Of a stretch of DNA of 64,000 bases, positions 27,643 through 37,727 are shown in pieces. Below the pieces are notes generated by a model. The model was not told where the DNA came from, ran no database searches, and saw only the letters and a program-made list of their open reading frames with translations. The position numbers were made by a program, and so were the translations under genes. Within the stretch, counting starts at the first letter, position 1. Every line of letters starts with the position of its first letter. Source of the DNA: Thermoleophilaceae bacterium (lineage in GTDB: Bacteria > Actinomycetota > Thermoleophilia > Solirubrobacterales > Thermoleophilaceae); contig DASTKX010000032.1 in the NCBI GenBank assembly GCA_035715585.1, forward strand, positions 2,192-66,191. The letters are read 5' to 3'.

Positions 27643-27862
27643 TCATCTTGCGACCGAGCTCGAGGTCGACCCTGCCCAGATCCGCGAGGAGACGCGGTTC
27701 AAGGAGGACCTCGAGGCGGACTCGCTCGACCTGGTGGAGCTGACCGTCGAGCTCGAGGACCACTACGGGATCCGGATTCCCGACGACCAGGCCGCGAAGA
27801 TCCTGACCGTCGGCCAGGCGGCCGACTTCGTATCTGCCCATGTCGAGCGTGCAGACGCCTGA
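27608..27862 (+). CDS. acpP: Acyl carrier protein
   Basis: 84 aa with the phosphopantetheine site LEADSLDLVEL. Overlaps the plsX 3' end by 35 nt. Confidence 0.9.
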   Translation: MERAEVLTRIRDHLATELEVDPAQIREETRFKEDLEADSLDLVELTVELEDHYGIRIPDDQAAKILTVGQAADFVSAHVERADA

Positions 27863-28541
27863 GGCAGGAGAGACCCTCGCCGACCTGCTCGACGAGATCC
27901 CGTCGGACCTGGCGCGCCAGGCCTTCAGCCACGCGTCGTGGACGCGTCCGCGCAGCGAGTCGTACGAGCGGCTGGCCTTCCTCGGCGACGCCGTGCTGGC
28001 CCTCGCCGTCTCCTCGCACCTCTATCCGCTGCTCGCCGAGTACGGCGTCGGGCGGCTCACGAAAGTGCGGGCTCAGGCCGTGAGTGGGGCTGCGTGCGCC
28101 CAGGTGGCGCTCGATCTCGGTGTGCCCGAGCGGCTGCGCGAGCAGGCGCCGGAGGGCGACGAGCGCGGCTTCGACATGCTGATCGCCAGCGAGCGCGTGC
28201 TGTCGTCGGTCACCGAGGCGGTGATCGGGGCGGTCTATCTCGGCCTTGACTACGACCGTGTCGCGGCGCCCGTCGTCGCGGCCTTCGCCGAGCAGATCGA
28301 CGACGCGCTCAACCACTCGGCCGACTTCAAGTCGGTGCTGCAGGAACGGGTCGCGCGCCGCGGCGCGGTCGTCGACTACGCCGTCGTCGAGGAGGCGGGC
28401 CCGCCGCACGACCGCCACTTCACGATCGCCGCGCGCGTCAAGGGCCGCGAGATCGGCCGTGGCGAGGGCCGCACGAAGAAGATCGCCGAGCAGGAGGCTG
28501 CCGCGCAGGGATTGGCCGAGTTCGAGGGCGAGGGCGCCTGA
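27840..28541 (+). CDS. rnc: Ribonuclease III
   Basis: RNase III signature ERLAFLGDAVL; C-terminal dsRBD (PPHDRHFTIAARVKGREIGRGEGRTKKIAEQEAA). Confidence 0.9.
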   Translation: MSSVQTPEAGETLADLLDEIPSDLARQAFSHASWTRPRSESYERLAFLGDAVLALAVSSHLYPLLAEYGVGRLTKVRAQAVSGAACAQVALDLGVPERLREQAPEGDERGFDMLIASERVLSSVTEAVIGAVYLGLDYDRVAAPVVAAFAEQIDDALNHSADFKSVLQERVARRGAVVDYAVVEEAGPPHDRHFTIAARVKGREIGRGEGRTKKIAEQEAAAQGLAEFEGEGA

Positions 28542-31500
28542 TGCACCTGCGCTCGATATCGATGAAGGGCTTCAAGTCGTTCCCGACGCGGACGACGCTC
28601 GAGTTCGGAACCGGCGTGTCGGTCGTCGTCGGGCCGAATGGCTCCGGAAAGTCGAACATCACCGACGCCGTCCTCTGGGCGCTGGGCGAGCAGAGCCCGC
28701 TCGCCGTCCGCGGGCAGTCGATGAAGGACGTCATCTTCGCCGGCGGCCATGGCGTCAAGGGATCGAGCGCGGCCGAGGTCGAGGTGGTGATCGACAACTC
28801 GGGCGGCCGTTCGGAGTCCGACTTCTCTGACATCTCGATCGTCCGCAAGCTCGGCCGCGACGGCGACGGCGAGTATCGCCTCAACGGGGCGCGCTGCCGG
28901 TTGGCCGACATCGCCGAGGTGCTGTCGGAGACGGGGCTCGGCAAGGAGATGCACTCGGTCGTGTCGCAGGGCCGCGTCGAGTCGATCGTGCTGTCGCGGC
29001 CGCGCGAGCGGCGGATGCTGATCGAGGAGGCGGCCGGCCTCGGCAAGCACCGCCAGCGCCGCCGCCGCGCCCAGCTGAAGCTGGAGCGGACGGAGGAGAA
29101 CCTTTCGCGGGCGCTCGACGTCGAGCGCGAGGCGCGCGGGCGGCTGCGTCCGTTGAAGCGCCAGGCGGAGGCCGCCGAGCTGCACGAGCGGCTCGAGCGC
29201 CAGACGGCGGAGGCGCGCTACGAGCTTGCGCGCGACGCCGTCCGCGAGGCGACGGCGAAGCTCGCCGAGGCTGAGGCGGCCGCGACGGCGGCGCGCGCCG
29301 GGCGCGACGACTCCGAGAAGCAGCTGGGCGAGGTCGCCCAGCGGCGCGAGCGCGCCGAGCAGGCCTTTGCCGAGCAGAGCCGTCTGCGCGAGGCGCTCCA
29401 GGCGCGGTTGTTCGCCGCTCGCGGCGCCGGCGAGCGGATCGCGATGCGGCTCGACCGCGCGCGGGAGCAGAGCCGGGCTGCCGTCGATGGCGCCGAGCGC
29501 CGCGCCGCACAGCTGGAGCTGCTCGAGCGCGAGATCGCCCAGGCCGGCGACCCGGCCGCCGGGACCGCCGCCAAGATCGCCGAGCTGGAGCAGGAGCTCG
29601 AGCTGCTCGAGGGCCGCCGCGTCGAGCGGCTCGAGCAGGAGCTCGCGCAACTGCGCGCCGAGCGCGATGTCGCGGCCGCGCAGCGTGTCGAGCTCGAGCA
29701 GGTCGCCCAGCAGCGCCGCGAGGCGCTCGCCGAGGCCGAGCGGGTCGCCGACGCTGCGCGCGAGGAGCGCCGGGCGGCCGAGCGCGCCGCGGAGGCTGCG
29801 CGCAACGTCGCCGCCGCGGCCGGCGCCGAGCTGGCGTCGGTCAATCAGTTCCTGCGCGCCGCCGAGGGCGCGCCCGGAGGCGCCCGCGCGTTCTCCGAGC
29901 AGTTGCGCGTCGAGCCTGGCTACGAGCTGGCGCTGGCCGCCGCGCTCGGTCCGCGCCTCGGCGCCGGAGTCGTCGACAGCGTGCTGGACGGCGAGCGTCT
30001 GCTCGACGGGGTCGGCGACGAGGGTGGCTACGTGCTGGTCGCGTCCGCCGCCGGCGCTCCGGCCAGCGGCCAGGGCCCGACGGCCGGCGCCGAGCGCCTG
30101 CTCGACCGCGTGGAGGCCGACGCTGCCGCTGTTTCGCTTGCCGAGCGCCTGCTCGCCGGCGTCTGGGTCGTCGACTCGCTGTCGGACGTTCCAAAGGACT
30201 TCGATGGCCTCGTCGTCACGCGATCTGGCCGTGTTTGGCGGCCCGGCGCCGGCGAGCTGCGCCAGGCGCCGGCGGGCGGCGCCGAGCGCGTGCTCGAGCA
30301 GCGCAACCGCCGCGTCGAGCTGGTCGCCGCGTCGGAGCAGGCCGTTCAGGCGGAGGCTGAGGCGCGGGCGACCGTCGATCGCGCCGCGGAGCAGGTGCTG
30401 ACCGCCGATCGCGGCCGCGACGAGGCCGAGACCGCGCTGCGGGGGGCCGTCCGCGAGGTCGAGGCCGCCGGCGAGGCGATTCGCCGCGCCGAGTGGCTGA
30501 TCGAGCAGCGCAGCGAGAGCCCCGACGAGGGCCCCGACGCGATCCGGCGCGCCGAGTTGGCCGCCGAGGTGCGCGGCGAGCGCCGGATGGCCGAGAGCGC
30601 GCTGCGCGAGCACAACGAGCGGGTCGAGCGCGCCGCCCGCCTACGCGGCCGCATCGAGCGCGACCGCGATCTCGCGGCTGCGGCCGACAGCGCCGCCGCG
30701 GCGCTCGACGAGGCCCGCGAGGCCGTCGCGACGCGGGTCGCCCTGATCGAGGCCGAGCACGCCGCCGGCGCCGAGGCCGGCGATCGCACCGCCGCCGAGC
30801 TGCGCACCTGCGCCCATCAGGAGTCCGAGCTGCAGCGTGCGCTGCGCGAGGCCAGCGAGCGGGTCACCGTCGCCGAGGTCACCGCCCAGCAGATCCGCGA
30901 CCAGTCCGCCGACGCCGCCGGCGAGCTTGCCGAGGTCGCCGAGCGTCTCGGCCTGCCCGCCGAGCCCGCCGAGGAGTCGCTCGACGACGACCGCCGCACC
31001 GAGCTCGCGACGCGCATCGACCGGCTCGCCCGCCGCCGTGAGCAGCTCGGCCCGGTCAACCCGCTCGCCGCCCAGGAGTACGACGAGGCGATCGCCCACG
31101 TCGAGGAGCTCGAGGGCCAGCGCAAGGATCTCGAGAGCGCCCTCTCGGAGCTCCAGGGCCTGATCCGCGACACCGACCGGCGGATCCGCGAGAGCTTCGA
31201 GGAGACCTACGAGGCGACCGCCAAGAACTTCGAGGAGGTCGTCGCCCACCTCTTCCCGGGCGGCCGCGGCCGTCTGCGGCTCGTCCAGCCCGACCAGGGC
31301 CCGCGCCCGGTGCTCGGCGGCCAGGAGGCCGCGGGGGAAGGCCAGGACGGCGACGATGCAGCTACGGCCGACGACGGTCCCGAGGAGTCTGCCGCGAAGC
31401 CGGCCGCCTCCGAGCCGGGCGTCGAGATCGAGGTCACGCCGGCCGGCAAGTCGACCAAGCGCCTGTCGCTGATGTCAGGCGGCGAGAAGTCGCTCGTCGC

Positions 31501-31822
31501 GCTCGCATTCATGTTCGCGGTCTTCCTCGCCCGCCCGTGCCCCTTCTACGTCCTCGACGAGGTCGAGGCCGCGCTCGACGACCTCAACGTCGACCGCTTC
31601 CTCCAGCTCGTCCGGCGCTACTCCGACCGCGCCCAGTTCATCGTCGTCACCCACCAGAAGCGCACGATGGACGCCGCCGACCGGATCTACGGCGTCAGCA
31701 TGGGCGGCGACGGCGTCTCGCGCGTCGTCTCGCGCCAGCTCAGCGGCACCGGCGAGAACCTCTTCGATCAGGCCAAGCCGGTCGTCGAGCCAGCGGCGGA
31801 CGCCTCAGCCGGCGCTGCCTAG
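28541..31822 (+). CDS. smc: Chromosome segregation protein SMC
   Basis: 1093 aa. Walker A GPNGSGKSN; long coiled coils; C-terminal LSGGEKSLVALAFMFA and FYVLDEVEAALD. Confidence 0.95.
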   Translation: MHLRSISMKGFKSFPTRTTLEFGTGVSVVVGPNGSGKSNITDAVLWALGEQSPLAVRGQSMKDVIFAGGHGVKGSSAAEVEVVIDNSGGRSESDFSDISIVRKLGRDGDGEYRLNGARCRLADIAEVLSETGLGKEMHSVVSQGRVESIVLSRPRERRMLIEEAAGLGKHRQRRRRAQLKLERTEENLSRALDVEREARGRLRPLKRQAEAAELHERLERQTAEARYELARDAVREATAKLAEAEAAATAARAGRDDSEKQLGEVAQRRERAEQAFAEQSRLREALQARLFAARGAGERIAMRLDRAREQSRAAVDGAERRAAQLELLEREIAQAGDPAAGTAAKIAELEQELELLEGRRVERLEQELAQLRAERDVAAAQRVELEQVAQQRREALAEAERVADAAREERRAAERAAEAARNVAAAAGAELASVNQFLRAAEGAPGGARAFSEQLRVEPGYELALAAALGPRLGAGVVDSVLDGERLLDGVGDEGGYVLVASAAGAPASGQGPTAGAERLLDRVEADAAAVSLAERLLAGVWVVDSLSDVPKDFDGLVVTRSGRVWRPGAGELRQAPAGGAERVLEQRNRRVELVAASEQAVQAEAEARATVDRAAEQVLTADRGRDEAETALRGAVREVEAAGEAIRRAEWLIEQRSESPDEGPDAIRRAELAAEVRGERRMAESALREHNERVERAARLRGRIERDRDLAAAADSAAAALDEAREAVATRVALIEAEHAAGAEAGDRTAAELRTCAHQESELQRALREASERVTVAEVTAQQIRDQSADAAGELAEVAERLGLPAEPAEESLDDDRRTELATRIDRLARRREQLGPVNPLAAQEYDEAIAHVEELEGQRKDLESALSELQGLIRDTDRRIRESFEETYEATAKNFEEVVAHLFPGGRGRLRLVQPDQGPRPVLGGQEAAGEGQDGDDAATADDGPEESAAKPAASEPGVEIEVTPAGKSTKRLSLMSGGEKSLVALAFMFAVFLARPCPFYVLDEVEAALDDLNVDRFLQLVRRYSDRAQFIVVTHQKRTMDAADRIYGVSMGGDGVSRVVSRQLSGTGENLFDQAKPVVEPAADASAGAA

Positions 31823-31828
31823 ACCCAG

Positions 31829-32833
31829 CTAGTCGAGGATTGCGGCCGCGAAGTCGTCGGCGTCGAAGGGGCGGAGGTCCTCGATGCCCTCGCCGATGCC
31901 GATCAGCTTCACCGGCACGTTGAGCTCCTGGGCGATCGCCAGGGCGATGCCGCCCTTGGCGGTGCCGTCGAGCTTCGTCAGCACGATCCCGTCGAGGTCG
32001 ACGGTCTCGCGGAAGAGCAGCGCCTGACGGAGGCCGTTCTGCCCCGTGGTCGCGTCGATCGTCAGCAGCGTGTGGTGCGGTGCGTCGGGAAGCTTCGAGG
32101 CGATCACCTTGCGCACCTTCGCCAGCTCGTCCATCAGATGCTGCTGGGTGTGGAGGCGGCCGGCCGTGTCGCACAGAACCACGTCGTGGCCGCGCGCCGT
32201 CGCCGCCTCGATCGCGTCGAACATCACCGAGCCGGGGTCTGAGCCCTCGTTGGCACGGACGATGTCGCAGCCGGCGCGCTCGGCCCAGACCTCGAGCTGC
32301 TCGGCGGCCGCGGCGCGGAAGGTGTCGCCCGCGGCGAGCAGCACCGACTGGCCGAGCTCCTGCTGCAGGTGCCAGGCGATCTTGCCGATCGTCGTGGTCT
32401 TGCCGGTTCCGTTGACGCCGACCATCAGGATCACCGTCGGCTTGGCGGAGAGGTCGATCGTGTCACCCTCGACGCGCGCGGTCTCGGCGAGCAGCTCCTT
32501 GAGCCGCCGCGTCAGGTCCTCTCCGCTCTCCAGCTCGCCGGACGCGGCCTCGCCCTCCAGCCGCTCGACGATCGACGCCGTCGTCGGCGCGCCGACGTCG
32601 GCGTAGATCAGCGCCTCCTCCAACCGCTCGAACGCCTCGTCGTCGAGCCGCTCGAACATCGTCGCCTGGATCTCGGCCCCGAGCGCCTGGCGCGTCTTCG
32701 ACATGTTCTCGCGCAGCCGCTTGAAGAAGCGTCGCTTCGGCTTCTCCTCGCCCTCCTCGACCGCCGCGTCGGTGGCGGGCGCCTCGATCGGCGCCCCACC
32801 CACGACGAACAGCTCGTTCCACTCACGTGCCAT
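31829..32833 (-). CDS. ftsY: Signal recognition particle receptor FtsY
   Basis: ATG at 32833 (alternative 32863) in the 3' part of ORF 31829..33367. GVNGTGKTTTIGK, DTAGRL and TKLDGTAKGG motifs. Confidence 0.9.
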   Translation of the reverse strand: MAREWNELFVVGGAPIEAPATDAAVEEGEEKPKRRFFKRLRENMSKTRQALGAEIQATMFERLDDEAFERLEEALIYADVGAPTTASIVERLEGEAASGELESGEDLTRRLKELLAETARVEGDTIDLSAKPTVILMVGVNGTGKTTTIGKIAWHLQQELGQSVLLAAGDTFRAAAAEQLEVWAERAGCDIVRANEGSDPGSVMFDAIEAATARGHDVVLCDTAGRLHTQQHLMDELAKVRKVIASKLPDAPHHTLLTIDATTGQNGLRQALLFRETVDLDGIVLTKLDGTAKGGIALAIAQELNVPVKLIGIGEGIEDLRPFDADDFAAAILD

Positions 32834-32875
32834 CAGCGCCGAGAGGATAGGGCGCGACCCCATAGGATCAGACGC

Positions 32876-33313
32876 ATGTCCGCCTGGGTGATCTGGATCG
32901 TGGTCGCGGGACTGCTGGCGATCGGGGAGATCCTGACGCTGTCGTTCTTCATGGGGCCGATCGCCGTGGCGGCTGTGCTGGCGGCGCTCGCCGCGCTCCT
33001 CGGGGCCGGCGTCGCGCTCCAGATGGTCGTGTTCATCGTCGCGTCGGCCGCGTCGTTGCTGGTTCTGCGACCGATCGCTCGCCGTCACCTGATGACGCCG
33101 GCGAAGATCCGCACCGGGACCGCGGCTCTGATCGGGGCGCCGGCGGTGGTGCTGGAGCGGGTCGATCGCGACGGCGGCACGGTGAAGCTGTCGGGCGAGG
33201 TCTGGACGGCGCGGACCTATGACGAGGACGAGGTGCTCGAGCCGGGCGAGCGCGTGCAGGTGATGAAGATCGAGGGCGCCACGGCGCTCGTGGCAAACGG
33301 GCTGGGAGGTTGA
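32876..33313 (+). CDS. NfeD family membrane protein
   Basis: ATG at 32876 inside ORF 32369..33313. Two or three TM helices, then an OB-fold-like tail (GTVKLSGEVWTARTYDEDEVLEPGERVQVMKIEG). Immediately upstream of an SPFH gene. Confidence 0.8.
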   Translation: MSAWVIWIVVAGLLAIGEILTLSFFMGPIAVAAVLAALAALLGAGVALQMVVFIVASAASLLVLRPIARRHLMTPAKIRTGTAALIGAPAVVLERVDRDGGTVKLSGEVWTARTYDEDEVLEPGERVQVMKIEGATALVANGLGG

Positions 33314-33314
33314 C

Positions 33315-34277
33315 GTGGCGACTCTGATCGTGCTTGGCGTGGTGGCGCTGGTGGTGCTGTTCACCATCGCGCAGGGAGTTCGGATCGTGCCGCAGGCGCG
33401 GGCCGGGATCGTGGAGCGGCTCGGCCGCTATCACCGGACGCTCGACGCCGGGCTGGCGCTGGTGGTCCCCTACGTCGACCGCGTGCAGCCGCTGATCGAC
33501 CTGCGCGAGACGGTCGTGTCGTTCCCGCCGCAGCCGGTGATCACCGAGGACAACCTCGTGATCAGCATCGACACCGTCATCTACTTCCAGGTGACCGACC
33601 CGAAGTCGGCCAGCTACGAGATCGCCGACTACATCGGCGCGATCGAGCAGCTGACCGTGACGACGCTGCGCAACGTGATCGGCGGGATGACGCTCGAGGA
33701 CACGCTGACCTCGCGCGATCAGATCTCCTCGGCGCTGCGCGCGGTCCTCGACGAGGCGACCGGCCGCTGGGGCATCCGCGTCAACCGCGTCGAGCTCAAG
33801 GCCGTCGACCCGCCGCAGTCGATCCAGGAGGCGATGGAGAAGCAGATGCGCGCCGAGCGCGACCGCCGCGCCGCGATCCTGACCGCCGAGGGCGTCAAGC
33901 AGTCGCAGATCCTCACCGCAGAGGGCGAGAAGCAGAGCGCGATCCTGCGCGCCGAGGGCCGCCGCGAGGCGCAGATCCTCGAGGCCCAGGGCGAGGCCCA
34001 GGCGATCGAGACGGTCTTCGACGCGGTCCATCGCGGCGACGCCGACCAGAAGGTGCTCGCCTACCAGTACCTGCAGAAGCTGCCGCTGATCGCCGAGGGC
34101 GAGGCCAGCAAGCTCTGGATCGTCCCCAGCGAGCTGACCAACGCGCTCGGCAGGCTGGGCAACGTGCTCGGCCCGGCCGCGGGCGAGGGCCCGGCCGCGG
34201 GCGAGGGTCCGGACGCCGGCGCGAAGGAGCGGCCGCCGAAGCCGCCCAACCCACCGGAGCCGCCGCGGCCGGCATAG
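33315..34277 (+). CDS. SPFH/band-7 (stomatin/prohibitin-like) protein
   Basis: N-terminal TM helix and an SPFH core (IVPQARAGIVERLGRY...TEDNLVISIDTVIYFQV). Coiled EAQ-rich region with a Pro/Gly-rich tail. Confidence 0.9.
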   Translation: MATLIVLGVVALVVLFTIAQGVRIVPQARAGIVERLGRYHRTLDAGLALVVPYVDRVQPLIDLRETVVSFPPQPVITEDNLVISIDTVIYFQVTDPKSASYEIADYIGAIEQLTVTTLRNVIGGMTLEDTLTSRDQISSALRAVLDEATGRWGIRVNRVELKAVDPPQSIQEAMEKQMRAERDRRAAILTAEGVKQSQILTAEGEKQSAILRAEGRREAQILEAQGEAQAIETVFDAVHRGDADQKVLAYQYLQKLPLIAEGEASKLWIVPSELTNALGRLGNVLGPAAGEGPAAGEGPDAGAKERPPKPPNPPEPPRPA

Positions 34278-34281
34278 CGCG

Positions 34282-36231
34282 ATGGAGCTGACGGAGGGAC
34301 AGCGCCACGCTCTGAAGGCGATCTGCGACACCGTCTGTCCCGGCGGCGACGGCCTGCCGTCGGCGAGCGAGCTGGGTGTGCCGGAGGCGCTGCTGGAGGC
34401 GATCGACCGCAACCCGCGCGCGGCCGAGCGGCGCCAGCTCGCCCAGCTGCTCTCGCTCTGGGACAGCCAGCCGCTGACCGCATTCGGCGGCGGTGGCTGG
34501 AAGCGGTTCTCCGAGCTTCCTCAGGACGCGCGCGAGCGGGTGCTGCTGTCGTGGTGCGACTCGCGGCTGCCGCAGCGGCGGGCGGCGTTCCGGGCGCTCT
34601 GCACAGGGACGCGACTCTTCTACTGGATGCTCCCGGCGCCGGACGGGAGCCCGAGCCCGGCCTGGGCCGACATCGGCTATCCGGGGCCGCTGGGCCCCAA
34701 CGAGCAGGCGCCGCCGAAGGCGATCGCGCCGTTGACGATCGACGATGACACCGACCTGGACTGCGATGTCGTGGTCGTCGGCTCGGGCGCCGGTGGCGGG
34801 ACGGCCGCCGGCGTGCTGGCAGCCGCCGGGCTCGACGTCGTCGTGCTCGAGGCCGGCGGCTTCTACGACGACGCCGACTTCGACGGCTCCGAGCGCAACG
34901 CGATCCGCACGATGTACGCCGGTGCGCCGACCGCGAGCGCCGACCAGAGCCTGTCGCTGCTCGCCGGCGCCTGTCTCGGCGGCGGCACCGTGATCAACTA
35001 CTCGACCTCGTTCCGCACGCCCGACGCGATTCGCGAGGAGTGGGCTGGCCACGGCGTCCACGCCTTCGCCGACCGCGACTTCGAGGCCAGCCTCGACGCC
35101 GTCTGCGATCGGCTCGGCGTCAACCACGAGCACTCCGCGCCGTCGTCGCGCGACCGCGCGCTGCGCGACGGCTGCATGGCCCTCGGCTGGCACGTCGACG
35201 CGATGCCGCGCGACGTGCGCGGCTGCGACCAGGGCGAGATCTGCGGCTACTGCCCGTTCGGCTGCCGGCTCGGCGCGAAGCAGTCGACGGTCAAGACATG
35301 GCTCGCCGACGCCCACGCAGCCGGCACGCGGATCCTCGTCGGGACCAAGGCGCGCAGCGTGATCGTCGAGAGCGGCGCCGCGCGCGGGGTGGAGGCCGTC
35401 ACCGACGCCGGCCACCGCGTCACGGTCCGCGCACGCGCTGTCGTCGCGGCCTGCGGCGCGATCCAGACCCCGGCGTTGCTGCGCCGCTCGGCGCTGCGCA
35501 ACCGCAACATCGGCCAGCACCTCCACCTTCACCCGGTGACGGTCGCCTGGGGGCTGTTCGACGACGAGCTGCGGCCCTGGGAGGGCGCGATGCAGGCGCT
35601 CTACTCCGATCAGCACGCCGGCCTTGAGGACGGCTTCGGCGTCAAGTACGAGACGGCGGCGATGCACCCGCACGTCGTCAACGGCTTCTGGCCCTGGCGC
35701 GGCGGTCGCGCTCACCACGAGCTGATGCGGGCGCTGCCGAACGCCGCCGGGATCGGAGCGCTGCTGCGCGACCGCGACGCGGGTGAGGTGCGTGTCGGCC
35801 GCGACGGCGAGCCCGTCGTGCGCTATCGGCTGTCGAGCTTCGACCGCGACAACCTGCGCACCGGCCTCGACGGCGCGGCCCAGATCCTCGAGGCCGCCGG
35901 CGCGAAGCGGATCTTCAGCTCGCACGCGGCCTGGGTCTCCTACGACCCCGGCGTCGACGGCGACCGGAACCGCTTCATGCGCGACGCCGACCGCTGCGGC
36001 TGGGGCTCCGGGCAGGTCTCGCTGGCCTCGTTCCACATCATGGGGAGCGCGCGGATGGGCGGCACGCCCTCGACCTCGGCCTGCACGCCCGCGGGCGAGG
36101 CCTGGGACGTACGCGACCTCGTCGTCTGCGACGCGTCCGCCTTCCCGAGCGCCTCGGGCGTCAACCCGATGGTCTCGATCGAGGCGATCGCACACATGAA
36201 CGCCTCGGCGCTTGCTGCGCGACTCTCCTGA
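34282..36231 (+). CDS. GMC family FAD-dependent oxidoreductase (long-chain alcohol oxidase-like architecture)
   Basis: DCDVVVVGSGAGGGTAAGVLAAAGLDVVVLEAGG, and a C-terminal GMC block (HIMGSARMG...VCDASAFPSASGVNP). N-terminal extra domain of about 130 aa. Confidence 0.85.
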   Translation: MELTEGQRHALKAICDTVCPGGDGLPSASELGVPEALLEAIDRNPRAAERRQLAQLLSLWDSQPLTAFGGGGWKRFSELPQDARERVLLSWCDSRLPQRRAAFRALCTGTRLFYWMLPAPDGSPSPAWADIGYPGPLGPNEQAPPKAIAPLTIDDDTDLDCDVVVVGSGAGGGTAAGVLAAAGLDVVVLEAGGFYDDADFDGSERNAIRTMYAGAPTASADQSLSLLAGACLGGGTVINYSTSFRTPDAIREEWAGHGVHAFADRDFEASLDAVCDRLGVNHEHSAPSSRDRALRDGCMALGWHVDAMPRDVRGCDQGEICGYCPFGCRLGAKQSTVKTWLADAHAAGTRILVGTKARSVIVESGAARGVEAVTDAGHRVTVRARAVVAACGAIQTPALLRRSALRNRNIGQHLHLHPVTVAWGLFDDELRPWEGAMQALYSDQHAGLEDGFGVKYETAAMHPHVVNGFWPWRGGRAHHELMRALPNAAGIGALLRDRDAGEVRVGRDGEPVVRYRLSSFDRDNLRTGLDGAAQILEAAGAKRIFSSHAAWVSYDPGVDGDRNRFMRDADRCGWGSGQVSLASFHIMGSARMGGTPSTSACTPAGEAWDVRDLVVCDASAFPSASGVNPMVSIEAIAHMNASALAARLS

Positions 36232-36350
36232 ACGCGCCTGCCGGCGTCATCGCCCTCTCGTGTGCTGACGCACACGTCGAGGGCTGCTTCCTTGGCAGCC
36301 ACGCTCAGTAGAGCCGCTCGCAGAGCGCCGCCGCGCTAGCCTGCCTCGCG

Positions 36351-37679
36351 ATGTTCGACACGCTGGCAGATCGACTCCAGGGCGCCCTCGGTGACGTCCG
36401 CTCGCGCGGCGCGCTGACCGAGGACGACGTCGCCAAGGCGATGCGCCAGGTGCGCCTGGCGCTGCTCGAGGCCGACGTCAACTTCAAGGTCGTCAAGCAG
36501 TTCACCAACGCGGTCAAGGAGCGGGCGACCGGCGCCGACGTGCTCGACTCGCTGAACCCCGGCCAGCAGGTCGTGAAGGTCGTCGCCGAGGAGCTGACCG
36601 AGCTGATGGGCGGCTCCGGCCGCGAGCTCGTCTTCTCGAAGAGCGGTCCGACGGTGATCCTGATGGCCGGCCTGCAGGGCTCCGGCAAGACGACGGCCTG
36701 CGGCAAGCTCGCGCGCCAGCTGAAGGAGGACAAGGGCCTCGACGTCGCGCTCGCGGCCTGCGACCTGCAGCGGCCGGCCGCGGTCGACCAGCTGATCAAG
36801 GTCGGCGAGCGCGCCGGCGCGACGGTCTACGAGCAGGGCACGGGCCGCGACCCGGTCGATGTGGCGGAGTGGGCGCTCGGCCAGGCGCGCGCCGAGAAGC
36901 GCGACGTGCTGATCGTCGACACCGCGGGCCGCCTGCACGTCGACGCCGAGCTGATGGACCAGCTCAGCCAGATCAAGAAGCGCACCAAGCCGCACGACGT
37001 GCTGCTGGTCGTCGACGCGATGACCGGCCAGGACGCGGTCAACGTAGCCGAGGCGTTCGCCGAGGCGACCGCCTTCGACGGGGTGATCCTCAGCAAGCTC
37101 GACGGCGACGCCCGCGGCGGCGCCGCGCTGTCGGTCAAGGCGATCACCGGCAAGCCGATCCTCTACGCCTCGACCGGCGAGAAGCTCGACGCCTTCGAGC
37201 GCTTCCACCCCGACCGGATGGCCCAGCGGATCCTCGGCATGGGCGACGTGATGACGCTGATCGAGAAGGCCGAGGCGCGGATCGACGAGCGCCAGGCGCA
37301 GGACCTCGAGCGCAAGATCCGCAAGAACCAGTTCACGCTCGACGACTTCCTCGAGCAGATGCAGCAGGTGCGCAGCATGGGCCCGCTGCAGAGCATCCTC
37401 AAGATGCTGCCGGGAGTGGGGCAGCAGCTCAACGGGCTGAAGGTCGACGACAAGGAGCTCGACCGCCTCCAGGCGATCATCACGTCGATGACTCCGGCCG
37501 AGCGCGCGAACCCGAAGATCATCGACGGATCGCGCCGCCGGCGGATCGCCCAGGGGTCGGGAACCAACGTCCAGGCGGTCTCGAATCTCGTCAAGCAGTT
37601 CGCCCAGATGCAGAAGCTGATGCGCCAGATGGCACGCGGCAAGATGCCCTCGCTGGCGCAGATCGCCTCGGGCCGCTAA
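36351..37679 (+). CDS. ffh: Signal recognition particle protein Ffh
   Basis: GLQGSGKTT, DTAGRL and SKLDGDARGG motifs. Met-rich M domain. Confidence 0.95.
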   Translation: MFDTLADRLQGALGDVRSRGALTEDDVAKAMRQVRLALLEADVNFKVVKQFTNAVKERATGADVLDSLNPGQQVVKVVAEELTELMGGSGRELVFSKSGPTVILMAGLQGSGKTTACGKLARQLKEDKGLDVALAACDLQRPAAVDQLIKVGERAGATVYEQGTGRDPVDVAEWALGQARAEKRDVLIVDTAGRLHVDAELMDQLSQIKKRTKPHDVLLVVDAMTGQDAVNVAEAFAEATAFDGVILSKLDGDARGGAALSVKAITGKPILYASTGEKLDAFERFHPDRMAQRILGMGDVMTLIEKAEARIDERQAQDLERKIRKNQFTLDDFLEQMQQVRSMGPLQSILKMLPGVGQQLNGLKVDDKELDRLQAIITSMTPAERANPKIIDGSRRRRIAQGSGTNVQAVSNLVKQFAQMQKLMRQMARGKMPSLAQIASGR

Positions 37680-37727
37680 CGTTCCCGGGCCGCAGCAGAC
37701 CGTCTAGTTCCCGATTAGAGAGAGACC

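Noticed and set aside
28376-30613. 745-aa minus-strand ORF
   Set aside because: Antisense shadow of smc. It is a low-complexity Leu/Ala/Arg/Gly translation with no motifs, whereas the smc frame has Walker and signature motifs.
33913-36195. 760-aa minus-strand ORF
   Set aside because: Antisense to the SPFH 3' end and the GMC oxidoreductase. It has no motifs, while the plus frame carries the FAD-binding GxGxxG and GMC signatures.
36232-36350. Possible ncRNA in the GMC-oxidoreductase/ffh spacer (hairpins gtgtgc-tgac-gcacac and ggctgc-ttccttg-gcagcc)
   Set aside because: These are short 6-bp stems with no resemblance to SRP RNA or other families I know. They are most simply terminator or promoter-region structure, which is too weak to call.
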